Of a stretch of DNA of 64,000 nt, positions 38,781 through 51,718 are shown in pieces (within the stretch, counting starts at the first letter, position 1; every line of letters begins with the position of its first letter). The notes beneath the pieces are model-generated. The model did no database searches, was not told the origin of the DNA, and was given only the letters and a program-made list of their open reading frames with translations. The DNA is from Pseudogymnoascus verrucosus (lineage: Eukaryota): assembly GCA_001662655.1 (NCBI GenBank), contig KV460231.1; one strand, written 5' to 3'. The position numbers were made by a program, and so were the translations under genes.

Positions 38781-39889
38781 ACCCCGGCTCACCTTAACAC
38801 GAACACCCAACCGAACCCCCCTGAAAGTTGCTAGCATCGCCATGAGTTGTTTGCTGGGTTCCCTCTTCTCAGTCCTCGAAGTCCAGTATATACCTCTGAA
38901 ATTAAATTCGCACCAATGCATTGCGGGCTGACATGGGACATCGCGCCGTCCTGGTGTTCGCCCGAGTGCACTTGTTATTCTCTCGATGTTATTTTTTAGG
39001 TATAGATGGCGGTTTATATGGCTATTCGTCCACACTCCTTTTTTTTTTGAAGGAAAGGGGGTGGCATATTTGAATCTCATAAATATATTCCACACTAATC
39101 ACCAACACCCACCATCTCACGATCCCCTTTCCCCTCCCCTAAACCACTTCATTACCACCATCCCCCGAACAATACCCCCAAAAAAACACCCTACATCAAG
39201 CCCTCTCCCTCTTTCCGAAGACTCCAACGCCAAAGCTAGCAACTATAAAGCACCCCCCGTTTCTCCATCCTCGCTCCATACACCCAGCACAATTGAGAGA
39301 ACGGAAATGCAATATGGCGCGCCCTGGCTGCGTGGTAAAACGGTATCTGCGAGTATGAAGGCACCGAGCAGTTGGTGGGTAAGTGCCAATCGAGTTGTCA
39401 TCGTGATGACGTCGGGGTGTTGCTGTCACCGCCCGTTTCTCACCTGAGCCTTTCTCCTCACGCACTTCTCGTCACCGTTTAAACCACCCGCCTATCTACC
39501 ACTCTTATGATATCTGACCACGCAGCAGTCAGCATAGAATATCTGCGCAACTAACATGCTTTACCACGGACCCCGCTCCGCCACCCCAAGGATAATCCGT
39601 GAGTGGATCGTCTGGCCTCTGCTTCTCTTGAAGGAGGGGGATGGGGTGATTTATATAGCTGGTGGATGATCAGGGGCTCAGCTAGGCCATTGGTCGGGGA
39701 ATGGGGCGGGGTGGGGTAGTAAGGGATAACTTTGGGTTGAAGATGTGGCGCTCATATCGTCAACTATCATCCGCGGATAGAGGTGGGTATGAACAATGTG
39801 TATAATACTTCTTTATTGGGGGTTTATTCCTTCAAAATAGCTCATCTAATATATCTCCCCATATTCCAACACCAACACATTCCACCCTC

Positions 39890-41601
39890 CTACTCCTCCT
39901 CCTCCTTAACCTTCATCTCCTCCACCACCGTCCCCCCACTCTCCCCACTCCTCCTCCTCCCCTCCGCCTCCCCACCCATCCCAATAACCCCCCCATGCTC
40001 AAGCGCATGCGCATCAAACTTCGGCCCCTTAAAGTTCTTCCTGCCATCGACGAACCATTGCACGGTAGCGATGACGAATATGAGGAAGAACGCCACGACA
40101 CAGTAATTCATGTTACTCCCCGTAACCTTCATCTCCGGCGGGAAAAGGAAGAGGACGGTGGTGACGATGACATAGGCGAGGCCGATCAGATTTGCAATCC
40201 ACCCCAACCAGTCTGGGAGCACGAATGGTCGCGGCCCTAACATCTTGCGGCCCCTGAGGCAGTTAATCGCGATGGGGATCCCGTAACTAACGCCCAGCGC
40301 AACGACGCTAGCGGAGATGATGGCGTTGAACGCGCTGCTGGACCCGAGGAAGATGCACCCGAAGACGACGACGAGGGCGGTGGTGAGGTACAAAGCGTTG
40401 AGGGGGAGATCGAGGCGTGGGTGGACCTTGGCGAAGAAGCGGGAGGCGGGGAGGCCGCCGTCGCGCGCGAAAGCGTAGGTCATGCGCGAGGAGGTGGTCA
40501 TTATGCTTGTTGTTGCGAAGAGGAGGCAGACGAGGGGGAAGCTGTGGCGTGTTAGCTTGGGATGCTTTAAAAGATAGGGATATGGGGGTGGAGAAGGGGG
40601 GAGGCGTACACTAAGAGACAGATGGAGCCGGCCTTGCTGCCTGTGGCGTTGTACAAAATAGCCAACATGGGACCAGCAGCTGAATTGATAACCTCCTGCA
40701 CGTCGCCCGCGACGAAGAGGAGGACAACGAGAAAGACGAAGCCGGTGAAAACTCCGATTCCAACACAGGCAATCATGATTTTTGGGCCCTCGACAGCTGC
40801 ATTGGGAATCTCCTCAATCATATGCGCCACTGCATCGAACCCAGTGAGCCCTAACCCGGCTTGCAAGAGTCCGAGAAGCCAGGCGATTCCGTCGGGCCAG
40901 CCTGTCTCATTGATGAATTCGCGGAACACGAAGTCGGGGGGTGAGTAGTTGGGGGAGGCGCAGGCAAGGACGGTGATGGAGATGACGACGAAGCCGGTGA
41001 TGGACCAGAAGAGGGCGGCTTTGGTGATAGTAGGGAGGATGCGTGTGAGGTAGGTGTTGATGAGGAACGCAACGACATTGTATCCGATATAGATGAGGAA
41101 CTGATGCCACGGCTTCGGCACATACTCCGGATTCACCAGCGAGATAACCCCACTAATAAGTTGGCTCCCCAACAACCCCCCGCTCGCAACAAGCGCAATC
41201 CAACCAGACACATTAATCCACCCCGTCACCCAACTCAAGATCGGCACCCACTTCTTCCAGCTAATAACAGCAACCCAGTGATACTGTCCCCCGGCCGTCG
41301 GGTAGGCGGAAAGGAACTCAGCGAGCGAGGCAGCGAGGGAGAGGTTGCAGACTCCGGCTGTGATGAGACCCCAGATCACGGAGGAGGGGCCGCCGGAGGA
41401 GAGGGCGAGGGAGAGGGAGGCGGCGAGGGCGGTCCAGGAGTTGAGAATGGCGAAGCAGAGGCCTAGCATGGCTAGGGGGGAGAAGGAGCGGTTGAGTTCG
41501 CGCTGGTGGCCTAGGGCGGCGAGCTGGGCGTCGTCGCCGTAGGTGAGGGTGGTTTGGGTTTTTTCCATGGTGGAATCGGGGCCTGAAGAGTCGTGTTGCA
41601 T
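39890..41601 (-). CDS. APC-family amino acid/polyamine permease (choline/GABA transporter, Hnm1-like); 2 exons
   Basis: LAEFLSAYPTAGGQYHWV, GFDAVAHMIEEIPN, SSRMTYAFARDGGLP and about 12 hydrophobic segments. Intron at about 40542-40608. Confidence 0.9.
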
Positions 41602-43664
41602 TTTGAGGGATTGTATGGGTGGTTGAGGGAGGAGGAGAGGTGAGGTGAGGGTGGAGGGAGGGTTATAAGAAGGATGGATACGAGACGACAACGGGGCAGA
41701 TGTCAACTGTTAAGTAAGAATTTCCCCAGACTAGATCGACAATCTACGCTTGCAAGGGGGATGATACCAGAGATAGAGGAAGAGATTAACCTCTTCCTCT
41801 TTCCTCTCTTCCCCGATACCACCAGGGTGCGTGTGCAGTAGGCTAGAATAATCACAATCCGGAAAGTTGCGTGCGGAGTCAGCGCGTCACAGCGTGCGGG
41901 GATATCAGAATATTTGCGGGGATGATGGGAAGGAGTAGGCATGATTGGGATTGGGACCGGGAAGGATGGAGGTTAGTAAGTAGTGAGTTGGGTTGTATAA
42001 TGCTCACTCAGTCGTACATCGTACCCCCATCCCTGGAGGAGGAGGAGGAGGCGAATGGGCAGGGAATCCGTGGTATCATCAGGACCGCTTCTAAGTTCTC
42101 AAATAGGAAGGATTGTGGGGTTATTTGGTTGGATATTAGTGTATGCGTACACGTTGTATAGAGGCAAGTGCCGGTTTGTGTCTGGATGACCGGATTCCGA
42201 TGTGGGAACAACAAGTAACAAGTTAGCAACTATGGGACCTCTGATTCAACGGATGCGGCAGTCGGGGATAGTGCGATTATAAGTGTACCAGTACCTCACT
42301 TCCCGCCGGTTTCCCCACACAGAACCCGTACCTCGCGTACCTTTCCCTGTAGCACTCCCGTCAATCCCCCTAGTCGTCGTCGTCGGCGTCGGCGTCCCCC
42401 ATCTAACTATCTCCGAAGTCGCAATTTTGCGGTGGAGAGAACCACAGAAAGAGGCTCGAGAGGCGCGAGGGGGGTTAGTAGATGGCGCTAGAAGCTGTCC
42501 ATCTTCATCCTGGCCGACGCGCGTGGTGGAGATTCTGGTAGGGGGAGGGGAATTCTTATTATGTCAGAGAGTGGGAGAATGGTGTTAGGGGAAGTGCATA
42601 AGCAGGATTAAAGAAGCTTTGGAGAAATGTAGATGTGCCCGTTAATTTAGGACGAGCGTTATTGTTCTGTTTATATGTTATATTCAATATTTCTATCGTA
42701 TCTAAACCATCAATATCAATATCAATGTCAAAGTCCTCTACATCGCATCAGAACTGCCGTAAACCCCTCACAAACCGTTGCGATTACCCCAATTCTCAAC
42801 GTCATACCCAATCAACCACCAGGACACAAAAAAGCTTGTCCCAACATTCCCGATTGCTTATCTCTCCTCACCCGCCACCATCCCATCCCATATCCCGACC
42901 AATCAGCGTTCTCAACGTCCACCTTTCTTTGCCACCATCGATCTGCATACAAGAGCCGGGGTTTGCTTAAAACGGGCCGTTAAGTTATCTCGTTACAGAC
43001 CGTTAGATCCCTCCGCCTGGTCTGTGTGAAGACTCTGGGGGGATGGGGGAAAATGCCGCAAGCGTTTACGTACATGGCGTGCTTCTTTCTTCAGAACTAC
43101 GAGTTTATAATAAGCTATTTCCGACATTCTCCGGGGTTGCGGGGGAGGGGGAGGAGAGGAAACTTAGTCGTAATACCCCGTGTTTTTTATTTGAAGTTCC
43201 TCGTAACCTCACGACACATACAAACTCGCCATAGTCTAGGATGGGATGAGAGGAATTGGGGAAACTTGACCAGAAAGTTGAGGAGTGGAGATCGGGGGCT
43301 CCGCAAGTGCAGATGCAGGGTCAGGGATGGTGGTGGCGCTGATGCTGATGCTGATCCTTTAGAAGGCGGGTCCGCGTGGACGCTCCCGTTTGGGGATGGT
43401 GTCGGTGATAGGGAGGGTCTGGATGGGGGAAGGCCATGTGAGATGGCGTGCGTGGACGTGGGATGATGGGGTGGGATGTGATAGAGGGGTTGTGGAGATG
43501 GAGATAGAGCTTGAGAGAGATGAAGATATGGGTGGGGAAGGGGGAATTAGTAGAGTTGTCTGGAGATAGAGATGTAGATCGGGTGAGAGGGGGGATTACT
43601 CAACGTTCCATACTTTCCATATTCCCGTGTCCTGCATCACATTGTCGTCTTCGCGCGCGCTCTC

Positions 43665-44585
43665 TCTTTATCTCTCTCTTATATTTATATATTTCGCTGC
43701 TGAAGACGGCTGTGTCTATACTCTCCAGGAAAGATATGGGATCCAACCCTTGGCCATCACCCTTTCCTGTGGGTTGGCTGGTAGCCCCATTTGGTCACAG
43801 CACTGTGAGAACTCTTGCCTGGAGTCGAAGAGTAGTAGGTAGGCACGAGAGGCAAGCAGGCGGTGGTAAGAGGCAAGCAGCGGTGAGAAGTAGCTGGTGA
43901 TGACAGGAAGCGACCGTGACAGTGACAGGCAGGCGACAGTGACAAGAAGTGCTTTCTCCAGGTGTCGAGTTCTACTTGCTTCGAGATTTACTTACATTCT
44001 CTCAGCCTTTACGACGGTTACCTTCGACGTCCTTCCAACGCAACCAACCCAGGTATTTCACAATGGTGGCCGGATGAGACATCAAAGCTGTGAAGATGGA
44101 GATATAAGTAGGATTGGATATCAAAGTTGTGATGATAGATATGAGAGATAGGGATAGGGTAGGTAGCGGGTGTTGGTAAGCATTTCTCTGCGTTGTATTC
44201 TCATCTTTGATTTTTTATACTACATCGTCACCTTGGTGCTGCTGTCTCTCTCTCCTCCTCCCTGATTCGATTTATACAGGCGCTGAAGACAGCAGCAATC
44301 TATAAATACCCGCAAAGAAAGGTTTGGAACCCAGCCATCAGCTCGCCACCTTTACGCGTGAAAATGGTGCCATGGAGTCTTCTGCTTAGTTATGGCGTTG
44401 TGAGCATCCTCGCCTTGGTTGTGGAGAGTGGGAGGTAGAAATTAGAGGCAGGCAGGGAGTTGTGAAGGAGGCGGTGGTGATAGGAGACGGTGGTGGGAAG
44501 CTGGCGGTGATCAGAAGTAGGTAGCGGTGACAGGTAGCGACAGTAACGAGAATATAGCGTAAGAAGCGACCGTGACAAGAACAAG
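43665..44585. repeat. Degenerate direct duplication with an offset of about 580-655 bp
   Basis: Collinear anchors: gctgaagac (43699/44282), tgtgag..ct.gcct (43804/44399), aggcggtggt (about 43858/44469) and exact gaagcgaccgtgaca (43907/44563). Confidence 0.7.
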
Positions 44586-45114
44586 GGCATATAGTTCCTA
44601 TCCTCTCTCTCTCCCAGTCTGTCTCTTTTTGTCCCTTTCTCCTACTTCACCCCTGAAGGCGGCTGTCCGAACTATCATCGGAGATGTTGTATGGGCGGCT
44701 GCTGTCCGGGCTGCTGTCCAAACTGTTGGGAAATGATTTGACCGCCGCACCGGACCTGATAGTGGCTTGTTTGGATTGCTTCCTCTTGGTACGTTCGAAC
44801 CAGCTGGGGCGGTTGTAAGCAGCTGATTTTGTCGAACGGCTATTCTGGTGAAGTTTCGCATCGCAGGCTGCTTCGGCACAGGAAGTGGTCTTGGGGGTTA
44901 AGTTTGATCTCGCTGCGATCTTATACTCTCTGATCTCATGTCTGGGTTCATAGAGGGGGAAATCAGCGCTTTGGAGGCTGGGAAGAGATGGATAGATTAG
45001 ATGGATTGTATTCATAACCTCTATGCAGAGATATCATAATATTGCGACAAAAGCGAGGTATAGTAAATACAGTACGTCTCTCTTCCCTCTCTCCATAGTT
45101 TTCCACTGGAACAC

Positions 45115-46623
45115 CTATTCCCTCCCCCCCCTCCTCTCCCTCTCCCTCCCCAACGACCCCTCCACAATCCCCCTCTCCAACCCCGGCGTACTCCCTCCCC
45201 CCTCCTCAAACACCCCCACCTCCCACCTCGGCGCATCCCCCACCAACCCCTCCCAAAGATCACTCGGCAAAAACGCCCCCACCTCCCTCCTAAACGCTTT
45301 CCTCTCCGCCGTATCCGCCTCTCTCAGCCGCTCAACCTGCTCCATCGCCTTCGCAAGCACGTTTTTCATCTTCCTCTCCGCGCCGTGACGACGCGCGACT
45401 TCGAGGACAAGCCCGTCGTAGGAGGCGAGGTAACCGTCGTAGAAGGTACGCATGTTCGTTAACTCATCCGCTTGGTCGTTTAGAGCGGCTTTGGCGGATT
45501 GCCAGGCGGAAGCGAAGGATGTGCTGGCGGCGATGTAGGAGGGGAGGGACGCGGCGAGGTGCTCGAGCATGCTGAAGGCGGCGGTGGTGGCGGTGTAGGC
45601 GGAGCGGGCGGCGGAGACGTGGTGAGAGATGTGGGGGAGGAGGGCTTCCATTTCTTGGAGGCGGAGGTCGAGGTCTTGCACTACGGCGGGGAGTTCAGTG
45701 GCGTCGGCGGCGAGGACGCGGAGCATGGCTGAGCGCTCGGCTGGGGATATGGGGGTTAGGTGTGAGGAGGCGGCGGGGGAGGGGATGACGCCTGAGACGG
45801 TGACGCCGGCGGGGAGCTGGTTGTTTGAGGCCGCGGCTTTGAGAGCGAGGAAGCCGCCCTCGGTGTGCTTGACTGCTTTGGCGCAGAGGTCGAAGTGGGA
45901 GGTGAGTGATTCGAGGAGGAGTGCCATTTCAGCGGCATGGTTGCGGAGGTCGTGGAGGAGCGGGGGGATGGGGGAGGAGTGTGCGGGTGTTGGGGCGGGG
46001 GCGGAGGAGATGGCGGATTTGAGAGCCTGGCGCGAGGTATCGAAGGTGCGGATTGAGGAGGCGAAGGAGGAGCGCGCGGATTGGGTGAGGTCGATTGTGT
46101 TTTTGAGAGCGGAGCGGGTGGCTTCGATGGCGTTTTCGTCGATGAAGTCGAGGAGGGAGCGGGGGGGTTCGGAGGGGGGGCGGAGGGCGGAGGCGACGAT
46201 GGTGGTGCGGAGGGTGGACATGGTCTTTTTTAGGCGGTCGTCGGCGTCATCGAGGTTCTTGATAACGTTCTGTAGTTGTTAGTGATGGTCTAGGGGACGG
46301 GCTAGGGGAGGGGTTACCTCAAAATCGGCCTGTCCATCATCGTAGACGACCTGAATCCCACTCCGGACCTTCTCGAGTAGCCTGACCTGCTGTGATATCC
46401 CCGTCCGTAGAAAGGCTGTCCTCGCGGTCAAGATGACGCTCTCTCCCAGCGCATCCTGTGCCGCGCTGACAATCTCGTTGGCTCGCCATAATGTTCCAAT
46501 AGAACTCAGGGCCTTCTTGGCATCGACGAGGTGTTGTATGAGAGTCGCTATGGGTATATCGGTCACCTCCTGATGCTCCGAGTTGTCTGGCGAAGGCGAG
46601 GCTGCGCTCCCATCATAAGACAT
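45115..46623 (-). CDS. ATG17: Autophagy-related protein 17; 2 exons
   Basis: LIQHLVDAKKALSS...WRANEIV, LRTTIV...LRPPSEPPRSLLDFIDE, LLESLTSHFDLC, FYDGYLASYDGLVLEVARR and FLPSDLW. Confidence 0.88.
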
Positions 46624-47390
46624 GGCTCAGATAGGCTTCAAGGTGGAGGGTAATGTATCGAAGAACCAGCAAGACTATCTGGGGAAGCTGTGTATTGTTC
46701 AGAGCATCAATATGGATAGACTTTTTGCCATATGCTGCGAATGTGAGCTATCAGAAATGAAGCTCAGGGTGGTCAATGGGGTTGCCTGTGACAAGAGGTC
46801 CGGGAGAGCAAACATGACAAACATAGATGCTATGGCACAAGGCCAGTACACTAGCTTGTTTAGGCCTTTAGCGCCAATCTTTTATCCAGCAAATAAATGT
46901 CTGGGTAACGAGTGACAGGTCTAACCCAAAGAGGCAATTAGCCAGAACATCAACGACGACCCCCACCACTACCCCAGCCATACCAGTCATACCCCTACTC
47001 TTAAGTTTGTAAAATGCCTCCGTCTTACTCGTAACATATACCCAATCACCTCCTTCTTTATCTCCCTTATAGGAAGTATCTTTACATCTCCAACCCCTCC
47101 AACACAGCCCACCTCATCGTAGCTGTCACCGCATATCGGCATCGGTATACATCATCTTTCTCCCAGCGCCACGCCCGGTGCTACACACCTTGAAGATCCA
47201 GATCTCGTCGGTGTCGGTGTGTCACTGGGTACTCAGCCTCGTTATGCCGCACCTAGCTCCATCGCCCCTCTCTTAATCGGATCTTCAAAAAGGCAGCAGC
47301 TTTTAACTGCTCTGTTCTCTGTGATCTTCCCTTTGCTTTGATATTTTCCAATCCTCTCGTCAAACATATGTCAAGGCCGTATTAGACATC

Positions 47391-48915
47391 ATGACCCGCG
47401 CAACCAAATTCCTCTATACCAGCTTCGACTCTGCGGTCCCCTCGACCAGCCACTATCCGCGAGACAATTCGTCCAGCACATCCCCAGAGGCAACCCCCTC
47501 GTCCACAAGCAACTCCAGCCGCTCTCCGATAAACACCGCTCTTCTGCGGCGAGTGCACACGAAATCGCGCCGCGGATGCCTCAACTGCAAGAGGAGGCGC
47601 ATCAAAGTATGGACAGACACCGTCCGTGGACAAGCCTACAAATGCTGACCCTGCACTTCAGTGCCCCGAGAACCACCCCGATTGCACCCAGTGCACCAAG
47701 AGAGGCTTGACATGCGAATGGCCAGAGATTCAGATTGAGCAGACGGGGAACGATGGCAGGAGGATTGTGCGGGCAATCCCTCCTCAGGTCGACTCGCCCA
47801 ATACTTTTTCCATGCAGGATTTCCGATTGTTTAATCACTTTGTTAAAGAATGTCACCCTTCTCACCCGCTTGGGAATGAGGCCGCCTGGACACACGATAT
47901 CCCAAGTATCGCACATAATGTACGCTATTCCACTCCCATTTCAGATGCTACGCCTAGTTTCCTACTCCTCAATGGTCCATAACTAACACAATCCACAGCA
48001 TGAGTACTTACTACACGCAATGCTCGCGCTCGCAGCATCAGACATTTCAGGATACTCGCCAAACGACTCAGCCCTCGCTATATCGGGGATTAACCACCGC
48101 GTACGCGCAATCGAGTCCCTAAGCACAGCCTTGTCGCACGGCGTCCATACAATGGAAGAAGGAAACGCCATGCTAGCCACGTGTTATACGCTCGTCTTCC
48201 AATCAGCTCTCATCTCCGACGGCTTCCCAGAATACATGTCTTTTATTCGCGGGTGCATGGTGGTGGCCTGGCAAATGGGGGTCAAGCAGCTCAAGTTTAT
48301 CTTTGAAGGGATTCTCAGTGATGAGCAGCTGGTGAAGATGGGGCCATATCTCCAGGGCCCTCCGGATATTGACCCAGACCTTACGAACGGGGCTATCGGA
48401 TCCCTCGAGGCCTGTAGGCCAGTGGTTGTGAGAGATGCGGAGAAGGCCTTTTTCGAATGTATGCTGGAGATCGCCCAGGCGGCGCAGATATCTAGCCGGC
48501 AGGGTAGGTTTTCATCCTCTACAACTTTACCAGTCACTTGCTAATTATTCTAGCATATATCGGCATCATGAAGATCTACGGTATATTTGCATACTACATG
48601 TCCGCAACTGACTTCCACCAATTCATCCACCCGGACAACCAGGTCGGGATGCTCCTACAAGCCCACATGATCGCTCTCCAGATGATCCTCGACCCGGTCC
48701 TGAAGAACGAGGACAGCGCTGGCACCAAGATGGATAAGCCATGGAGGCCCAGGCATTCGGGCAGCGTCGCGTGGCTCAATACCATCGAGGACAGGATGTC
48801 GGATGAGATGGCACCGTGGTTTGCGTGGCCTATGTCTCAGAGAGATGCGGCCAGGGAGCAGATCGAGGAGCAAAAGTTCTTGCGCAGTCAAGCCTTACAG
48901 GAGGCGGGATTATGA
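47391..48915 (+). CDS. Zn(II)2Cys6 transcription factor (Upc2/Ecm22-like architecture); 4 exons
   Basis: HTKSRRGCLNCKRRRIK|CPENHPDCTQCTKRGLTCEW, followed by a fungal-specific domain (DFRLFNHF...YLLHAMLALAAS). Confidence 0.9.
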
Positions 48916-49703
48916 GATACCCGGAAACGCCCAGTTGGCGCCGGGTCGCGTTTTGGTTACTGTTTCTGTTTTCAGGTGGGGGAGGGCTGCGCGATATCCA
49001 TTTGTTACCATAGGTCAGGGAGAACTGGGGAGGCGTTAAGGAGGGCTACGGAGTTTGAGAGAAATCTCCCATTACATGCGTCACATCTACATATCACATC
49101 TCCAACACATACAATTCAAATCACACATAATACCTCATCACCCTCTATCTCTCCCCCAAACCCGGGTATTGCGGCTGAGCCTGCGCCCTACCCCCTTTCG
49201 CAGCATCGCACCTGTTTCGTCCTCGCCGACTTGGCAGTCTCCCAGGAGTCAAAAAGGCACACCCCTGCACGTGATGACGACGAATTAAAAAGGTTTACCA
49301 TAGTACGCTTCTGGAAGGTCTTGGCGTCGCATTCGCGCATTGCTGCCCAGAAGGGGAAAGTGGGGAATTTGGCGGCGCGGCTGTGCTGGAACTCCGGCAG
49401 GGCTAGGGTGGGCTGGGAAGGGACGCTAGTGGGGATGGGGGAAGGCGGGATGGGGATGCGATTGGAGAGACACTCCGCAAGGCTTAAAGAGTTGTTTCTT
49501 GGGCGCAACCAGGGGATCAAACGGCATTTGAGGAGGAGGATGGTGAGGTATATAACTATTTGTTTCCTGCTGTAGGTTCGCGATTTCTTATTCAACTCTC
49601 ACGATTATATTCTATTATCTGTCCACAGCTTCACAATACTACATCCAGCACACAAAAACACACAGATACAGCACACAGCACACAAACCCCAACCACCATC
49701 ACA

Positions 49704-50750
49704 ATGACCTCCCACGACACCTACCCCCTCCAACTCCTCCCCACAACGTCCACCTCTACCCACTCCCTCCGCTCCTCCCTCAAGAAGACCTCCTCCTTCA
49801 AAAACCCCTTCGAAACCGCCTCCATCCTCTCAACCAGCACCCGCTACTCGCAAACCACCCTCCGCGCTCCCCCACCTTACACACCCTTCCACGCCACTAC
49901 CAGCTTGCAAATCCAAACCTCTGGGCACGCTTTGCTCGCTTTCCCCAGTCCGCCGAAGCAACTCACTACCGCGGTCTTTGGTTTGGACTCTAACGGGCGC
50001 TGCGATCGCCCTGTCTATCTCTCTACGCGCGCGGTGAGGAATTCAGGGAACTGCACCCTGGTCCGCGCCGAAGATGAGACCGGCGCGCCTCTGGCAGAGA
50101 CGCGCTACAAGTGGGGACCGTCGTCAGATCCAGTGGTCTGTATCGGCGACGAAGAGGTAGTAATGTCGCGTCCGAAATGGACAGCTCGCACGATCCGTTT
50201 CAGCTGGGGCGGACGCCGGTACCAGTGGCGCTACGGCTGCAGTTCCGAGAGGCGCGGCGTTGAGGGGGATAGAGGTGAAGGGTGCAATTCCCTCCTTTTA
50301 TTGGAATGGGTTGAGGGAGAAGGGAAGGAAGAGGTCAGGACGACGGTGGCGAGGTTTGTGAGGGGGGAGGAGACGAGGACGCCGGGGACGAAGAAGAGTT
50401 GTGCGGGGAATGGGGGGAGGTTGGAGATGGCGCTTGATAGGGACGGGGTGGATACGTTCGCGGATGGGATTGGGGAGGAGGTGGTGGTGGCGACGCTGTT
50501 GGTGATGTTGAAGAAGGAGGTTGATCGACGGAGGGGGGCGCAGATTGCGGTTATTGGTACGTCTTGAGCCCCTTTTTGCAATGCCGGCGCGGTCTTACCG
50601 TAAACAGGAGGACCGGTGCCGTGTCAGGTTCTAGCGTTTGCGAGGGAGAAGTAGCTAATTGGGATTGCAGCGAATACGAAGGGGGCTTTGTTGCCGTGGT
50701 ATATTTGTCAGCATATGAGGCAGAAGAATATGCCGCAGCCTGAGTATTGA
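49704..50750 (+). CDS. Hypothetical fungal protein; 3' end uncertain
   Basis: Long ORF from caATGacc at 49704 with RPVYLSTR...SGNC, ARFVRGEETRTPG...AGNGGRL and VVATLLVMLKKEVDRRR. A GTACGT donor at 50558 suggests a further short exon; the unspliced stop is at 50567. Confidence 0.7.
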
Positions 50751-51108
50751 GTGGGTGTTGGTTTGGCTTTTGGTCTGGTTGATGATGGAGTTTCTGAGGT
50801 ACTTTTGAGCGATTATTTGGAGTTATACGGGAACGGGGGGCTGAGAGAGGCTGGTTGGTTTCTCACTTTGGACACCGACTTTCACTTTTGGTTCGATATA
50901 TTCACAGGCGCGTATGGCTCGAGGTGGAACGCTCTGGTTACGTCCCATTTCATATTATAGAATTTCCACAAACTCAATATATTTCCTCACGTCTACTTTG
51001 GCCCATAGGAGAGCGATAGAACAGTGCATCGACTCCACAATGAAGCTCCTAGCAGCAACATATCTCTCCTACCTCACTGAAGGCACAAAAACAACACCAA
51101 TACTTCTT

Positions 51109-51423
51109 TTACTTTGGCCTCCCAAGCACCCAATTGTTCCACAACGCATACAGAAACAAGAGCGCCATACAAATCAACGAACCCGCTCTGAGCACCGGCG
51201 CTAGAATCCGTGATATCCAATCTGAGAACGATGTACCAGCGTTAATGATGACTCCCCACCGCCGTGGTTTTGCGACTGGAACGGCGTTTTGGGCCTTGTG
51301 TTTTATCTGGCGAGGGCGATGGGGTTGTGGCGTGATGATGCGTTGGGGTGTTGCTGTGGTTGTTTTCGAATCCGGGGTGGAGATCGGTCCGGTTCGGCGA
51401 TTGCGGCTTTTTCTGGGGGTCAT
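51109..51423 (-). CDS. Small hypothetical tail-anchored membrane protein
   Basis: 104-aa ORF in an acaATG context, with a basic N-terminus and one C-terminal hydrophobic helix (LICMALLFLYALW). Confidence 0.4.
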   Translation of the reverse strand: MTPRKSRNRRTGPISTPDSKTTTATPQRIITPQPHRPRQIKHKAQNAVPVAKPRRWGVIINAGTSFSDWISRILAPVLRAGSLICMALLFLYALWNNWVLGRPK

Positions 51424-51718
51424 TGTTTGGGTTTTATGGTTTTATGGGTTTATATTATATTCTCATTTTTGGAATTGCATCTATTATGAGCATTTGTTAT
51501 AATGGGATGCTGTCTATAGTTGGTCGGATAATACCCTAGCGTGGCCACCCTTGCGAACTCCCAGCATCACCCCACATTGTGGCCCCCACGGTCGCCTACC
51601 TGACAGCTACTCCAGGCATTGTGGTCGTGGCAAGGCTGAAGGCTACAAGCGAAAGGATGGATAGGATTTCTACTCTGTTTTTTCGTCTGTATGAAGCTTC
51701 ACATGGCATTCCCTGACT

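Noticed and set aside
44647..45015. 122-aa minus-strand ORF just downstream of ATG17
   Set aside because: No motif or splice support. It may be UTR or intergenic sequence, though an orphan gene cannot be excluded.
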